Shown here: piece by piece, positions 18,182-29,502 of the stretch
Layout: each line of letters opens with the position of its first letter
Numbering within the stretch: the first letter of the stretch is position 1
From: Candidatus Daviesbacteria bacterium
GTDB lineage: Bacteria > Patescibacteriota > Microgenomatia > Daviesbacterales > UBA10151
Assembly: GCA_016187025.1 (NCBI GenBank)
Contig: JACPKM010000001.1
Location: 43,188-107,187 of the forward strand
Length of the DNA stretch: 64,000 nt
Reading direction: 5' to 3'
The notes under the pieces: model-generated
Databases searched by the model: none
What the model was told of the DNA's origin: nothing
What the model saw: only the letters and a program-made list of their open reading frames with translations
Translations under genes and position numbers: made by a program

Positions 18182-19029
18182 AAATATGTCCCCCTACCAC
18201 CTAACTGAATCTTTTCAATATTAGTTTTGCATTTTTCACAAGGATGACCATCTAGTCCGTAAACATAGGCATAATCTAAAAAATAGCCTTTCTGGCCCTC
18301 AGCATCCACAAAATGGGCTCTGGTTGACCCACCATATCTTATTCCCTCCTCCAAAGACTTTATTATCCCTTTATACAGAGCTTTGAACTGTTCATCAGAT
18401 AATTTAGAAACCTTTGTTCTGGGGTCAACTTTGGCATCAAAGCAAGCTTCATTGGCATAGATATTACCTACTCCAGCCACCACTTGAGGATCCATGATGG
18501 CTACTTTAACAGGCATGCTCTTGTGTTTTAACAGATTCTGTTTTAAAAGTTGCCAGTTAAACCCTTTTTCCAATGGTTCCGGCCCCAAGTTTTTCATAAA
18601 CTTTACACTTTGCACTTTGAACTTTTCACTTACTCTAACCCACCCAAATCTTCTTTGGTCGTTAAAATATAAGTGGGAACCATCACTAAAACTAAAGATT
18701 ACTCTGGTATGACTATTTGGCATTTGATCCCTCATATCAGGAGTTGGATGCCCGCCTATAAAACTTTCCCCTTGACCCTTTCCGCTTTCCCCTTTCCAAA
18801 TCAATTGTCCTGTCATCTTAAGATGAAATAATAAAGTGATATCACTACTTAAATCTATACCTAGAAATTTAGCTCTTCTCCAAATATTGAGCACTTTTTG
18901 ACCCTCTGCCTGATTTGGATTTCCAGTGAAAGATTTTGGGGAAAGTATTTGAATTTTTTTGATTGTTAAACCAATAATTTTCTTTTGCAACCCTAATTTT
19001 ATTGTCTCTACTTCGGGTAACTCCGGCAT
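18160..19029 (-). CDS. mutM: formamidopyrimidine-DNA glycosylase (Fpg/MutM)
   Basis: N-terminal MPELPEVE and a C-terminal zinc finger CEKC...CPTCQ. It carries about 19 extra residues including GESGKGQGES. Confidence 0.9.
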   Translation of the reverse strand: MPELPEVETIKLGLQKKIIGLTIKKIQILSPKSFTGNPNQAEGQKVLNIWRRAKFLGIDLSSDITLLFHLKMTGQLIWKGESGKGQGESFIGGHPTPDMRDQMPNSHTRVIFSFSDGSHLYFNDQRRFGWVRVSEKFKVQSVKFMKNLGPEPLEKGFNWQLLKQNLLKHKSMPVKVAIMDPQVVAGVGNIYANEACFDAKVDPRTKVSKLSDEQFKALYKGIIKSLEEGIRYGGSTRAHFVDAEGQKGYFLDYAYVYGLDGHPCEKCKTNIEKIQLGGRGTYFCPTCQK

Positions 19030-19042
19030 GAGAAGTATTTTA

Positions 19043-20026
19043 CTACAATGCTTCTGAAACTTTTTTCACTCTTTCTAAAAATACTTTTTGAGCATCTGTT
19101 ATATTTTCATCTTTTCCTGCCCAAGTTTTAATGGCATCCATCTCTATAGCTCTTTCAAAAGAAAAGGTAATGGGCCATGGTTTATTGGGAATTCGGGCAA
19201 TAGCTTTTAAATTTCCGATCGCACCTTGAGGAGTTTGTCCACCAGATAGAAAGACAATCCCCGCAACTTCATGAGGTACTACTCTTGTTAACATATCTAC
19301 AGTTTCTCTAGCTACCTCTTCACTGGTTATTTGTCCTGGAAAACCTTTTCCTGGTAAAACCATGTTCGTTTTTAGTATTAATCCTTCCAAACTAACATTA
19401 AATTCTTTTAGATATTCAAAAACTGAGGTTAACGTTTGAATTGTAACTTCTTCACACACTTTTATATCATGATCCCCTTCCATTAAAACTTCCGGCTCGA
19501 CTATTGGCACTATATCCTGCTCCTGACATACTAGAGCATACTTGGCCAGTGTCTGAGCATTAGCCTCAATACACTCTCTGGTAGGTATTCCATTTCCAAT
19601 GGTAATAACTGCTCTCCACTTAGCAAATCTTGCATCCATAGCTTTATATTCTGCTAGTCTCTCACTCAAACCATCTAACCCCTCCGTTATTTTCTCTTTA
19701 GAAAAAGGGGTAAATTCTTTTGTTCCCTGGTCTAGCTTGATACCGGGAATAATCCCTCTGTTGGTTAAAAATTCTGGAACAGATACTCCTTCTTTTGTCC
19801 GAGAGCGGATTGTTTCATCATATAAAATGATTCCACTTAAATATCTTTCAATTTCCGGAGTAGAAAATAAAACTAATCTGTAATCGAGGCTAATTCCTTC
19901 ATAATATAGAATTTGTAAATCAACTAGACGTTTTTTTAAAGAAGAAGTAGTCACATCCGCAGCATAAATTCCTTTTCCCCTAGTAAATAGAGCCCGGGTT
20001 GTAGATTGCAAAGTAGCAATATCCAT
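19043..20026 (-). CDS. fructose-bisphosphate aldolase, class I
   Basis: GKGIYAADVTTSSLKKRL and LEGLILKTNMV match class I FBA signatures. Confidence 0.75.
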   Translation of the reverse strand: MDIATLQSTTRALFTRGKGIYAADVTTSSLKKRLVDLQILYYEGISLDYRLVLFSTPEIERYLSGIILYDETIRSRTKEGVSVPEFLTNRGIIPGIKLDQGTKEFTPFSKEKITEGLDGLSERLAEYKAMDARFAKWRAVITIGNGIPTRECIEANAQTLAKYALVCQEQDIVPIVEPEVLMEGDHDIKVCEEVTIQTLTSVFEYLKEFNVSLEGLILKTNMVLPGKGFPGQITSEEVARETVDMLTRVVPHEVAGIVFLSGGQTPQGAIGNLKAIARIPNKPWPITFSFERAIEMDAIKTWAGKDENITDAQKVFLERVKKVSEAL

Positions 20027-20035
20027 TTACAAATA

Positions 20036-21169
20036 TTATCTTTTTAAGTTTTTATCTACAAGAGCTAAAATCTCTTTTACAAACCTTTGCTTGGAAAACT
20101 TCTCTGCTTGTTTTACTAAATCTTCTTTTTTAAACTTAAATTCATTAAAAAATGGCAAAACATTCATCAAGTTTTTAACAGACTTGTAAGGCGCAAAAAA
20201 CACTCCTGTTTTACCCTCAACCACAGTTTCTTTGTATCCTCCAGTGCCAATTGCAATTACAGGTGTACCAGCAGCCATAGCCTCAACAGCAGTGATACCA
20301 AAATCTTCATCTTCCGAGGCAACTATTAAAGCTTTTGCTCCTGCTAGAAGTTTTATTCTAGTGTCATCATCCACTTCTCCTAGAAACTGAACTTTTTCGC
20401 CAGCAATCTTTTTTAATCTTTTTTTCTCTGGTCCATTTCCAACCACTTTCAAAGACAAATTTAGTTTGGTACATACCTCCACTGTGACCTCTGTACCTTT
20501 TCCCCTTACCAATCTATTCAAAGATAAAAGATATTCTCTATTTTTAACTTTTAATTTTTCTGCTTTAGCTTTAATCTCCCCTACTTCAACTGGTGGGTAA
20601 ATTATTACTGCATTTCTTCTGTAAAACTTGTTGATTCTATCTGCTACATTTTTGGAATTAGCTACTAAAACATCAGGGCGCTGACTAGTTTCAAAATCAT
20701 AAATGCGCAAAAAATGGTTTGCCAGCTCCCCTAAAACTCTAGTTAAAAGGTGCTTCTTGTAATTAAAAGAGGTAGCGTAACCATAAAGGTAACGCGGAGG
20801 GGTATGAATATAGCTAATATGCAAGCTACCTGGCCTGGTTATCACTGCCTTGGCAAAATATGAGTTGCAAGAGGAGATGACAAGATCATAGCCAGATAAA
20901 TCAAAGCCTTCAAAAACCATTGGGGCAAATACCCTTAAAGGAGAAATTAGTTTTTTGGCAAATGGCAGTCTTTGCAACCAAGATGATCTTATATCCCACT
21001 TTTTGACTCTTTCTTGATGTACCCCAAAACCATTAATGTCAAAATAGGCAGTATAAATAGGCGCATCAGGAAAGATTTCATGTAAGCACTCCAAAACCCT
21101 TTCTCCTCCACCGTACTCAACCAAAAAATCATGTACCAGCGCGACCTTAAGCTGCCTAGGCTCCTGCAT
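20036..21169 (-). CDS. glycosyltransferase family 4
   Basis: GT4 C-terminal E-x7-E region (EDEDFGITAVEAMAAGTPVIA). Confidence 0.75.
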   Translation of the reverse strand: MQEPRQLKVALVHDFLVEYGGGERVLECLHEIFPDAPIYTAYFDINGFGVHQERVKKWDIRSSWLQRLPFAKKLISPLRVFAPMVFEGFDLSGYDLVISSCNSYFAKAVITRPGSLHISYIHTPPRYLYGYATSFNYKKHLLTRVLGELANHFLRIYDFETSQRPDVLVANSKNVADRINKFYRRNAVIIYPPVEVGEIKAKAEKLKVKNREYLLSLNRLVRGKGTEVTVEVCTKLNLSLKVVGNGPEKKRLKKIAGEKVQFLGEVDDDTRIKLLAGAKALIVASEDEDFGITAVEAMAAGTPVIAIGTGGYKETVVEGKTGVFFAPYKSVKNLMNVLPFFNEFKFKKEDLVKQAEKFSKQRFVKEILALVDKNLKR

Positions 21170-21209
21170 GAGTTTAATTGTATCAGATTTGTTGTGATAT
21201 TATTATCTT

Positions 21210-21602
21210 GTGAAGATTATCCGGTTTTCAGATATTGAATTTATCCCCTCAAATCATGAAGATCCAGAAAACCCAGGGGTTTGGATCAAAAGGTTATACC
21301 TTAGGGACAGTCAAAACCATTTTCTAAACGGCAAAATCCAGATGATTACTTGGGCAAAAACTCCAGCCGGAAAAAGCTTTCAAGCTCATTACCATGAAAA
21401 AATGACCGAAGTGTTTATAATTTTAAACGGTACAATTACAGTAGTTGTTGGGGGGAAACACCTTGAAGCAGAAGCAGGAGATTTAATTATTGCCGATGCA
21501 AAAGAGATACATCAATTTGTTAACAACTCTTCAGAAGATATAAATTACATAGCTATGGGAGTAGTAATTGGTGAAGGTGGAAAAACAATAATTGTCAGCT
21601 AG
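21210..21602 (+). CDS. cupin-domain protein
   Basis: Double-stranded beta-helix motifs (HYHEKMTEVFIIL...G...HQF). Confidence 0.5.
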   Translation: MKIIRFSDIEFIPSNHEDPENPGVWIKRLYLRDSQNHFLNGKIQMITWAKTPAGKSFQAHYHEKMTEVFIILNGTITVVVGGKHLEAEAGDLIIADAKEIHQFVNNSSEDINYIAMGVVIGEGGKTIIVS

Positions 21603-22413
21603 ATTTTGCAATATCTATTAACTGCTCAAAAATAAGTTTAGTCGGTTTTGAGGCCGGAGCCGAACCTGATCCACAAATGACCATTTTATGAGACTGGTGC
21701 AAAAACCAGGAGGCCTGAGGGTCCAACTCCTTTACTGTTTGATAAATTGGCTCCAAATCCACATCTTCTCTAGGAGTATAAAATTGGACGGATTTGAATT
21801 TGGGATCATACATTAAAAAGACCTCTCCATTTTTGGTGTCACAAAAGGCCCGGCTGACATTTTCTGATTCAACTGCCACCCCTTTGCCCCATTTGGTTTC
21901 AAACTCAATTTTATTTTCCCAGTCTTTTTCTGCCTTCTGCTTATTTATCAAGACTTGATAAACCCTATCCAGGATTTGAAATCCTAATGTGGTATTTTCT
22001 AAAGAATCAGCTTGCTGTTGCGGCCCATATACCCTGATAAACCCAGGAACATAAAACTGCGGATAAGGTAGGTTTTTAAGCCTGCCTAAATCATCAAGCC
22101 TCACCCATTCCACCAGCTCCTCTAATGCTTTAACGCTTGAATCCTCAGTAGGAACCAGGTTTTGCTCTTTTAAGTATTTCCACACTAATGAGGTAGCGCT
22201 ATCTTCTAAATCGCCTTTATGTTCATCAAACTTTCCTCCCCCAGTTCCCACAAAAATCCTTTCTGCACTTTCTTCTTTTAAAGCTGCCTCACGGGAAGCA
22301 GAAATAAACTCAATATCTGTATCTTGAAAATCTGGATGAAATTTTTTAAATAACCAAATAGCAGTAATATCATCCAGATGCGGATTAATATGTGTAACTA
22401 AAGTTTTTCTCAT
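21595..22413 (-). CDS. putative metal-dependent hydrolase (MYG1/UPF0160-like)
   Basis: N-terminal THINPHLDDITAIWL resembles the MYG1 family T-H-x-G-x-F-H-x-D-E motif. The assignment is weak. Confidence 0.3.
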   Translation of the reverse strand: MRKTLVTHINPHLDDITAIWLFKKFHPDFQDTDIEFISASREAALKEESAERIFVGTGGGKFDEHKGDLEDSATSLVWKYLKEQNLVPTEDSSVKALEELVEWVRLDDLGRLKNLPYPQFYVPGFIRVYGPQQQADSLENTTLGFQILDRVYQVLINKQKAEKDWENKIEFETKWGKGVAVESENVSRAFCDTKNGEVFLMYDPKFKSVQFYTPREDVDLEPIYQTVKELDPQASWFLHQSHKMVICGSGSAPASKPTKLIFEQLIDIAKSS

Positions 22414-22439
22414 TTGATATGATGGAAGTATAACACCTT

Positions 22440-23273
22440 ATGCATATTGTTAAAAAGCTTTTAATTGCTCCGGTTTTTCTAATACTGCTTGCTATAACTT
22501 TTTATCTGTTTAATCCTTATTTAAGCTCATTTGATAAGTTATTTACCTTTGGGCTGGAGTCTTTTGTTGAACTGGCAATCCTAACGTTATTTCTGACTCT
22601 CGCCTGCTTAAGTTCTATCCTGTTTGCAGCTTTATCTTTTGACTGGAGGTATGTTTTTCCAATTAGCGTAGCTGGTGGTTTAGTTCCTTTTTTGATTATT
22701 CCATCTTCTGTGGGAGTTATTCTTGGTGCTGGAATTTTTGTAGCTTTGATTATTACAAATTTAGTACTAGAAAACAGACTAAAGGCTTATATAGATTTTC
22801 ACCCTTCTGCTCTGCTAACACCATCTGTTAAACAGCTGTCCAGTTTGATTATTCTGGCTCTAGCTTTTTCTTTCTATCTATCAACAACCAGTTCTATCTC
22901 CCAAAAAGGCTTTGAGATTCCTGACTCACTGATAAATAGCTCATTGAACTTAATGCCACAAAACAGCTTTTCCAATACTGAAGATAATCTGTCCAACTCT
23001 TCAGATCTTACTCAAACTCTTCTTAAAAAAACAATCAAGGAGCAATTCAAGACTATGCTTGATCCTTACTTGGGCATTATTCCCCTGGTTCTGGCAGCAC
23101 TATTTTTTGTCAGCTTACACTCAATAGCTTCACTTTTATTTATACTTTTTCCTTCACTTATTTTTATAATTTTTTATCTTCTGGAAAAAAGTAACTTTAT
23201 CAGATTCGAAAAAGAGATGCGGGAGGTCAAAAAATTAGTGATTTCATCTCTCCCCAATTCTTCCCCACCTTAA
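22440..23273 (+). CDS. polytopic membrane protein (hypothetical)
   Basis: 277 aa with multiple hydrophobic segments. Confidence 0.3.
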   Translation: MHIVKKLLIAPVFLILLAITFYLFNPYLSSFDKLFTFGLESFVELAILTLFLTLACLSSILFAALSFDWRYVFPISVAGGLVPFLIIPSSVGVILGAGIFVALIITNLVLENRLKAYIDFHPSALLTPSVKQLSSLIILALAFSFYLSTTSSISQKGFEIPDSLINSSLNLMPQNSFSNTEDNLSNSSDLTQTLLKKTIKEQFKTMLDPYLGIIPLVLAALFFVSLHSIASLLFILFPSLIFIIFYLLEKSNFIRFEKEMREVKKLVISSLPNSSPP

Positions 23274-25380
23274 GATCAACAATCACTGGCACGGAAAGGG
23301 TTAAGGCATTTTCCATTTTGTCCTTGACCATTTTGGCAGTCTCTTTAACAAATTTTGGATTACATTCAAACAAAAGTTCATCGTGTATTTGCAGAATCAT
23401 ACAGCAATTTTGAGTTTTGAGTTTTGAATTTTGAATTTCTTCGTCTATTTCCACCATCGCCTTTTTAATCATGTCAGCGCTAGTACCCTGAATAGGATGG
23501 TTTACTGCTGCCCTTTCCCCAAAAGCTTTTAACATTCGGTTGGATGCCTGAAGCTCCGGTATATACCTTTTTCTACCCCAAATAGTCTCAACAAACCCAT
23601 TTTTATAGCCTTGCTCTAAAACCTGGCCCATCCATTCTTTTACTTTAGGAAACTTTGCAAAGTACTCATCTATGTAGGTTTTGGCTGTCTGGTAATCTAT
23701 ACCCAATTGTTGAGACAGCGCATGGGCTCCTTGCCCATAAAGGGTGGCAAAGTTCATGGTTTTACCCACATTTCTTTGCTCTCTTGTTACCTGATCAACT
23801 GGAACTTTAAAGATTTTTGAGGCTGTTAGAGTATGAATATCTATGCCTTCTTGAAATGCTATTTTAAGGTTTGGGTCATCGGATAAATGGGCTAAAATCC
23901 TAAGCTCAACTTGAGAATAATCAGCTTTTAGTAAAACTTTTCCTTTGGGAGCAATAAAAACCTTTCTAATTTCCCCGCCTAATTGTCCTCTGATAGGAAT
24001 GTTTTGTAAATTCGGGTCTTGGGAAGAAAGCCTACCTGTGGCAGCCCCTTCTACATTGAAAGTGGAATGAATTCTACCATCCTCCTTAACATATTTTGGC
24101 AAAGCATCAATATAGGTTGATATTAGCTTAAACAACTGACGATACTGCAGTAGTAACGGAATCACAGGATGGGCTGCGGAAAGCTCCCTTAAAGTCCCCT
24201 CATCTGTAGACCTACCGGTTTTGGTTTTTCTTACAACAGGCAATTTCAGCTCATCAAATAAAACCTCAGATAACTGTTTTGGGCTATTTAAGTTAAATTG
24301 GTGGCCAATTTTGGCATAAATTTCCTCTTCTATTAAACTTAGTTGTTTTTTTAGCTCGTTACCCATTTTATTTAAAAGCTTTAGATCAATTAATACTCCA
24401 TTTTCAGACATCTTTTCCAAAACTGGCTGAACAGCCAGATCAAGGTCAGTGGTAGTAGAGGAAGTATAAGTTAAGATTTCAGGATTATTGGTTTTTAACT
24501 CCGCATCCTGAGGACCTGGTAGACGGGCAATCAAACTTTTAAATTGTAGTTCTTCAAATAGTTTAACAGCTTCTTCATGATTGTAGTCATAAACCCGGCA
24601 TTTGGCTAAATCTAACTTAATAGGCGCTCCTTGCTCGATAGTTGCCAGCTCTTTGCTCATCACAGCAGATTCAGCGCCTTCTGATAAAAGTAATTGTATT
24701 CTTTGAGGTAGTGTTTTTAAATTTTCCGGGCGGTAGATTTTTTCTATAGTTTCAAATTGTAAAATAAGTTTTGTAGCAGAAACCTCTCCTATCCCTCCTA
24801 CACCGGGAATATTATCTGATGCATCACCTGCCAGAGCTTTATAGTCAACTAAATTTTTCGGCATAAAGCCAAACCTTGCCACAAATTCTTCTTCCCCATA
24901 AAGCCCTACATCTTGTAAAGTCTTTTTTGGCATTAACACTTTTACTCTCTTACCAATAAGCTGCATAATATCCCGGTCTCCTGTAACTACAATTACTTCC
25001 AGGTTTTTTTCTTTTTCTCCTGCTTGTTTTACCAAAGTCCCAATTAAATCATCTGCTTCGTACCCAGCAAGGCTAAACTCAGGAATATTTAAGGTATGCA
25101 CTACCTCATGCACTCTTTTGTATTGGGAGGATAAACCATCATCTGCCGGTCCTCTGGTAGATTTATATTGGGTATAGGACTGATGGCGAAAAGTAGGCCC
25201 TTTTTCATCCCAGGCAACTGCAATAAAATCAGGTGTCAGCTCGTTTATGGAACGCAAAAGCATTGAGCAAAACCCATAAACTGCATTAACCAGCTCCCCG
25301 TTTGAGGTAGTAAGAGGCGGGGTGGCATGGTAGGCCCGGTGAAGTAGGGCATTTCCATCTACTAAACATAACCTTTTCAT
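23227..25380 (-). CDS. polA: DNA polymerase I (5'-3' exonuclease plus polymerase; short form)
   Basis: N-terminal LVDGNALLHRAYHA; polymerase motifs DYSQVELR and QIHDELLFE. At 717 aa it appears to lack most of the 3'-5' exonuclease domain. Confidence 0.9.
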   Translation of the reverse strand: MKRLCLVDGNALLHRAYHATPPLTTSNGELVNAVYGFCSMLLRSINELTPDFIAVAWDEKGPTFRHQSYTQYKSTRGPADDGLSSQYKRVHEVVHTLNIPEFSLAGYEADDLIGTLVKQAGEKEKNLEVIVVTGDRDIMQLIGKRVKVLMPKKTLQDVGLYGEEEFVARFGFMPKNLVDYKALAGDASDNIPGVGGIGEVSATKLILQFETIEKIYRPENLKTLPQRIQLLLSEGAESAVMSKELATIEQGAPIKLDLAKCRVYDYNHEEAVKLFEELQFKSLIARLPGPQDAELKTNNPEILTYTSSTTTDLDLAVQPVLEKMSENGVLIDLKLLNKMGNELKKQLSLIEEEIYAKIGHQFNLNSPKQLSEVLFDELKLPVVRKTKTGRSTDEGTLRELSAAHPVIPLLLQYRQLFKLISTYIDALPKYVKEDGRIHSTFNVEGAATGRLSSQDPNLQNIPIRGQLGGEIRKVFIAPKGKVLLKADYSQVELRILAHLSDDPNLKIAFQEGIDIHTLTASKIFKVPVDQVTREQRNVGKTMNFATLYGQGAHALSQQLGIDYQTAKTYIDEYFAKFPKVKEWMGQVLEQGYKNGFVETIWGRKRYIPELQASNRMLKAFGERAAVNHPIQGTSADMIKKAMVEIDEEIQNSKLKTQNCCMILQIHDELLFECNPKFVKETAKMVKDKMENALTLSVPVIVDLKVGKNWGEMKSLIF
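23405..23439. repeat. heptamer tandem repeat (TTTTGAG x 2, TTTTGAA x 2) inside polA
   Basis: caattttgagttttgagttttgaattttgaatttc; encodes IQNSKLKTQN. Confidence 0.7.
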
Positions 25381-25424
25381 GGATAGATTGTAGAAGAAAT
25401 ATGACTTAAAGGCAAACTAAATTT

Positions 25425-26186
25425 TTAAGTTTTGTGGCTCTTGTTTTGAGAAGAGTCGAACTTGCCAAATTCATACTCAACTGTAATGTTTCTATAGCCA
25501 AAAAGGAGGGTCTGAAGAGACGCCTTTATCATCTTTAAGGCAAATTTGGTTCTTCCTTCTTTTTCAAATCTTCTGGGGGAAGTATGAAGTCTGGGTTGAT
25601 CCAGAAAGAAAAATTTATAACCTCTTTTGCTACATCTTTGCACTAACTCAAAATCCTCCCCTACTCTGATATTTTCATCAAACCCGCCTATCTTTTCAAA
25701 CACCTCACGCTTTATATATATATTCATAGCTGTTGTCATCGGCCAAATTGGGCGGGATAGGAAAAATAAAATATTCATAGCAGTAAAAAAGACTTTATCT
25801 TTCCAGTAATGTCCTGCCGGTACATTAAAAGCAGATGCAATCTCCGGCTTAGTTTTTAAAACTTCCTCATAATAAGTCTTTAAAGTTTCTGAATCAGAAA
25901 AAAACATGTCTGCATCTAAAAATAAAATATGTTCCTGTTTGGTCTTTGAGACCCCGAAGTTTCTTTGCCTTGAAATTGTGCTTTTGGGAATTTGATAAAC
26001 TTTAAGTTGCGGAAGCTTTATCCTTCTTTTTTTAGCCTCTTCAACTGTTTTATCCTTGGAATAAGCATCAATTACTACTATCTCTTTTGGTTGAACCGTT
26101 TGTTTGGCAATAGAATCTAGCAAACTACCTATGTAGTGCTGCTCATTCAACGTAGGAATTACTATGGCTAAATCTATATTTTGCAT
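25425..26186 (-). CDS. glycosyltransferase family 2
   Basis: IVIPTLNE...DAD motifs. Confidence 0.7.
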   Translation of the reverse strand: MQNIDLAIVIPTLNEQHYIGSLLDSIAKQTVQPKEIVVIDAYSKDKTVEEAKKRRIKLPQLKVYQIPKSTISRQRNFGVSKTKQEHILFLDADMFFSDSETLKTYYEEVLKTKPEIASAFNVPAGHYWKDKVFFTAMNILFFLSRPIWPMTTAMNIYIKREVFEKIGGFDENIRVGEDFELVQRCSKRGYKFFFLDQPRLHTSPRRFEKEGRTKFALKMIKASLQTLLFGYRNITVEYEFGKFDSSQNKSHKT

Positions 26187-26194
26187 ATTGGCAA

Positions 26195-26887
26195 TTAATT
26201 ATATTGGGAAGAAGGCGAAGATTCCAGTAATTGATTATTTAAAAATTCTTTGCACTCTTCTGCTTTAATATTTACGAGTTTCTTCTCTGCTTGAGTTAAA
26301 ACAGAATTGGTTGATTCTTTTTGTAAAAACTCACAGGCTAGCTTTTGTGTAAGAGAGGTTTTCCCCCACACCTTTGCTCGTAAATCTTTGTCTAATCTTT
26401 TAATTTCTTGTCTGTTTCTTTTTTCCAAATTTTGAACAGCAGCTCTGATTGAAAGTTGCGCACGAGTATTTTTGATGTTTGGATAAAGACTAATCAGTAG
26501 GTTGATATGTGTAGCTATTCTTTCATCTGCTAAAACCTGCAGGTCCTGGTTACCTGATGAATATCTTTCCAGCTTTTTTATATGATCTTGATATTTAATC
26601 AAATTTGGTTCAATCAAATCTTCCCGTTTTTCTGAAATTAAAGATTTGACCTCGCGCAATCTTCTGACAGCAAATTCCATCTGTCTCATAAACTTTACAT
26701 TGTCTGTTTGGGCTAGCTTCAATTCAATATCTTCTTTAACCATTTTTAAAAAGTATCCAGCAGAGGCAGGAGAAATTTGTGATTGGCCAATTTCAGGAAC
26801 AGATGCAAAAACTCCAACTGGTAGAGCAAAAAAGATTAAAAATAGCACAAACCAGGTTTTGATGCCCATACATGAGATTATATACAA
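26195..26887 (-). CDS. secreted or membrane-anchored coiled-coil protein (hypothetical)
   Basis: N-terminal signal/TM segment followed by a charged helical sequence. Confidence 0.3.
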   Translation of the reverse strand: MYIISCMGIKTWFVLFLIFFALPVGVFASVPEIGQSQISPASAGYFLKMVKEDIELKLAQTDNVKFMRQMEFAVRRLREVKSLISEKREDLIEPNLIKYQDHIKKLERYSSGNQDLQVLADERIATHINLLISLYPNIKNTRAQLSIRAAVQNLEKRNRQEIKRLDKDLRAKVWGKTSLTQKLACEFLQKESTNSVLTQAEKKLVNIKAEECKEFLNNQLLESSPSSQYN

Positions 26888-26913
26888 ATTAAGGCTTTAA
26901 TTCACTCTGGAGT

Positions 26914-28755
26914 CTAAGTAGCACTTACTTTCTTTCCAACGATTTTTTCAAACTCGTCTGATTCAAGGGTTTCTTTGACCAAAAGCTCCTTGGCAACCTT
27001 ATCTAGTTTAATTTTGTGTTTTTTAAGAAGGTTTTGAGCTTGTTTAAATGCTTCACCCATTATTTTTCTAAGCTCTTTATCAACGCTATTGTGTAGCTCA
27101 GGTGACATCTCCTCACCCTCTTCTACCCCTTTCCAAGCCCCAAACATGCTTTTGGCTTGTAGATTAATTGGCCCTATATCAGACATTCCATATTGCATGA
27201 CCATTTGCCTGGCAATATTGGTTGCAATCTGAATATCAGAAGCAGCACCTGTTGATATATCTTTAAATATTAGCTCCTCAGCTGCTTGTCCACCTAAGGC
27301 AGCAGCTATCTGCTGCACAAGACGGGATTTAGACTCATTTGATCTATCTTCAGTTGGAGGAAAAAGAGTATGTCCTCCGGACATTCCTCTGGAAACAATA
27401 GAAATTCTATGAACTGGGTCGACAGCGGGTAAGAAATGTCCCACTATCGCATGTCCTGCTTCATGATAAGCAGCCAGTTTGCGGTCATACTCAGATTGCA
27501 TCCTTTTTCTTTGTGGACCTAGTTTTTCCTTGGTGGCTGCTTCCTCTAAATCCTTTGGGTCTATAGCTGTTTTACCCTCGCGCGCTGCTAAAATAGCTGC
27601 CTCATTTAGCATGTTGGCCAAATCTGCACCAGAAAATCCAACTGTTCTTCTGGCAAGCTTTTCAATACTAACATCTTTGGTAAAAGGCTTACCTGTCATA
27701 TGAAGCTGAATTATAGACTTTCTTTCTTCCAAATCTGGCATTCCCAAGACCACCCGTCTATCGAACCGGCCAGGTCTTACCAGGGCAGCATCCAGTAAAT
27801 CAGGTCTGTTAGTTGCACCAATGACTATCACATGATCATTGGGGGTAAACCCATCCATTTCCACTAGAATCTGATTTAGGGTTTGCTCCCTTTCGTCATG
27901 TCCACCTGAAAAACCCATTCCTCTTTGTCTGCCAATAGATTCAATTTCATCTATAAAAATGATCGCTGGAGCACTCTTTTTTGCCTGTGCAAACATATCC
28001 CGGACTCTAGCAGCGCCAACACCTACCAACATTTCCATAAACTCTGATCCTGCAATAGAATAAAAGGGGACTCCTGCTTCCCCAGCCACTGCACGGGAAA
28101 TTAAGGTTTTTCCCGTTCCAGCAGGCCCAACCAAAAGTACCCCCTTGGGAATCCTGGCACCCAAGGATCTAAACTTTTCTGGAGTTTTCAAAAACTCGAC
28201 TACTTCCTGTAATTCTCTTTTGGCCTCCTCTACTCCTGCCACATCTTTGAATTTTACCTGTGGTTGGTCTTTAGAAAAGAGTCTGGCTCTGCTTTGAGCA
28301 AAAGAAAAAATACCTTGTCCAGCTTCTCTTGCTTGTCTAAAAATTAAGAAGAAAAAGCCAATCATCAATACAATTGGTAAAACTGCTCCAAGTATTCCCA
28401 ACCAAGCCTGTTGTAGAGAGATATCTTTTACATCTATGGTGACAGTTTTTGGATCTATCCCACTTACCTCCAGAATTTTATAAAATGATTCACCTGATTC
28501 CTTTCTGGAAACAAACTTCTGATCTGAATCCTTAATGTGGGCAATAATTTTATCTCCCTCAACCGATATTTTTTCTACCTTATTGTCTTTGATATCGCCA
28601 ACTATTTTAGAAATTGGCACCTCATTAGAGGAACTGGAGGGGCCGGAGATCTGATAAAAAAAGATCAGTGATGCTATAGCAATTAACAGATAGATACCCA
28701 GAGCTTTAAATACCGAGAAAAAACGTTTATTTATCTTCTTTTTTCCATTCGCCAT
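26914..28755 (-). CDS. ftsH: ATP-dependent zinc metalloprotease FtsH
   Basis: AAA Walker A GPAGTGKT, the SRH region and the HEAGHA zinc motif. Confidence 0.95.
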   Translation of the reverse strand: MANGKKKINKRFFSVFKALGIYLLIAIASLIFFYQISGPSSSSNEVPISKIVGDIKDNKVEKISVEGDKIIAHIKDSDQKFVSRKESGESFYKILEVSGIDPKTVTIDVKDISLQQAWLGILGAVLPIVLMIGFFFLIFRQAREAGQGIFSFAQSRARLFSKDQPQVKFKDVAGVEEAKRELQEVVEFLKTPEKFRSLGARIPKGVLLVGPAGTGKTLISRAVAGEAGVPFYSIAGSEFMEMLVGVGAARVRDMFAQAKKSAPAIIFIDEIESIGRQRGMGFSGGHDEREQTLNQILVEMDGFTPNDHVIVIGATNRPDLLDAALVRPGRFDRRVVLGMPDLEERKSIIQLHMTGKPFTKDVSIEKLARRTVGFSGADLANMLNEAAILAAREGKTAIDPKDLEEAATKEKLGPQRKRMQSEYDRKLAAYHEAGHAIVGHFLPAVDPVHRISIVSRGMSGGHTLFPPTEDRSNESKSRLVQQIAAALGGQAAEELIFKDISTGAASDIQIATNIARQMVMQYGMSDIGPINLQAKSMFGAWKGVEEGEEMSPELHNSVDKELRKIMGEAFKQAQNLLKKHKIKLDKVAKELLVKETLESDEFEKIVGKKVSAT

Positions 28756-28828
28756 CTAGAAAGTTTACTCCTTACTAAAGTTTTGCTAATTTTAACACAC
28801 TCTGGGATTGATTGCTAGACTTTGATAC

Positions 28829-29149
28829 TTACTTAATTTTTGCTCCAGGTTCTACTTTTTTGAAAGGTTTTAGCAGAACCGGCTTTTTGCCTGATGCACA
28901 CAAAATCATCCCTTGGGAATGCAACCCCATCATCACTCTTGGTTCTAAATTAGCAACAAATATAAACTGCTTACCTACTAAATCTTGCGGCTTATACCAT
29001 TGTTTGATCCCAGATAGAATCTGACGAGGAGTATTTTCCCCTAAATCCACTTTCAATTTAATCAGCTTTTCAGATCCTTCCACCTCTTCTGCTTCTAAAA
29101 CAGTGCCTACTTTTAATTCAACTTTCAAAAAATCATCAATGCTAATCAT
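28829..29149 (-). CDS. tRNA-binding domain protein (CsaA/Myf-like)
   Basis: An OB-fold tRNA-binding domain sequence (FLKVELKVGTVLEAE...), 106 aa. Confidence 0.6.
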   Translation of the reverse strand: MISIDDFLKVELKVGTVLEAEEVEGSEKLIKLKVDLGENTPRQILSGIKQWYKPQDLVGKQFIFVANLEPRVMMGLHSQGMILCASGKKPVLLKPFKKVEPGAKIK

Positions 29150-29502
29150 ATTTCTAAAACTGCTTTTATGGCATCAGCAACCTCAGCCATTTTAATCTTA
29201 GACACCCTCCCAATCCTTTTAATTAATCTATTTTTATCCATAGCCCTCATCTGGTTTATAACCAAAGCTGAATCCCTACTTAAACCTCTCTGTCTAACAA
29301 ATTTTACAGCATCAGGGCCCAGAAATTGCGGAATAATTGAGCTAAAAGGGATTGCAATTACTGTAGGTAAAATCTGATTGAGAGTATTATTTGATATAAC
29401 CAAGGCTGGTCGTTTCTTACGCATCTCCCGTCCATAGGGCGGTTCGAGGTCGGCAATATAAATCTCTCCCCTTTTAGGGTATCCTGCTGTCAACTTCTGC
29501 AT
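29146..29502 (-). CDS. type II toxin, MazF/PemK family
   Basis: KRGEIYIADLEPPYGREMRKKRPALVIS. Confidence 0.7.
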   Translation of the reverse strand: MQKLTAGYPKRGEIYIADLEPPYGREMRKKRPALVISNNTLNQILPTVIAIPFSSIIPQFLGPDAVKFVRQRGLSRDSALVINQMRAMDKNRLIKRIGRVSKIKMAEVADAIKAVLEI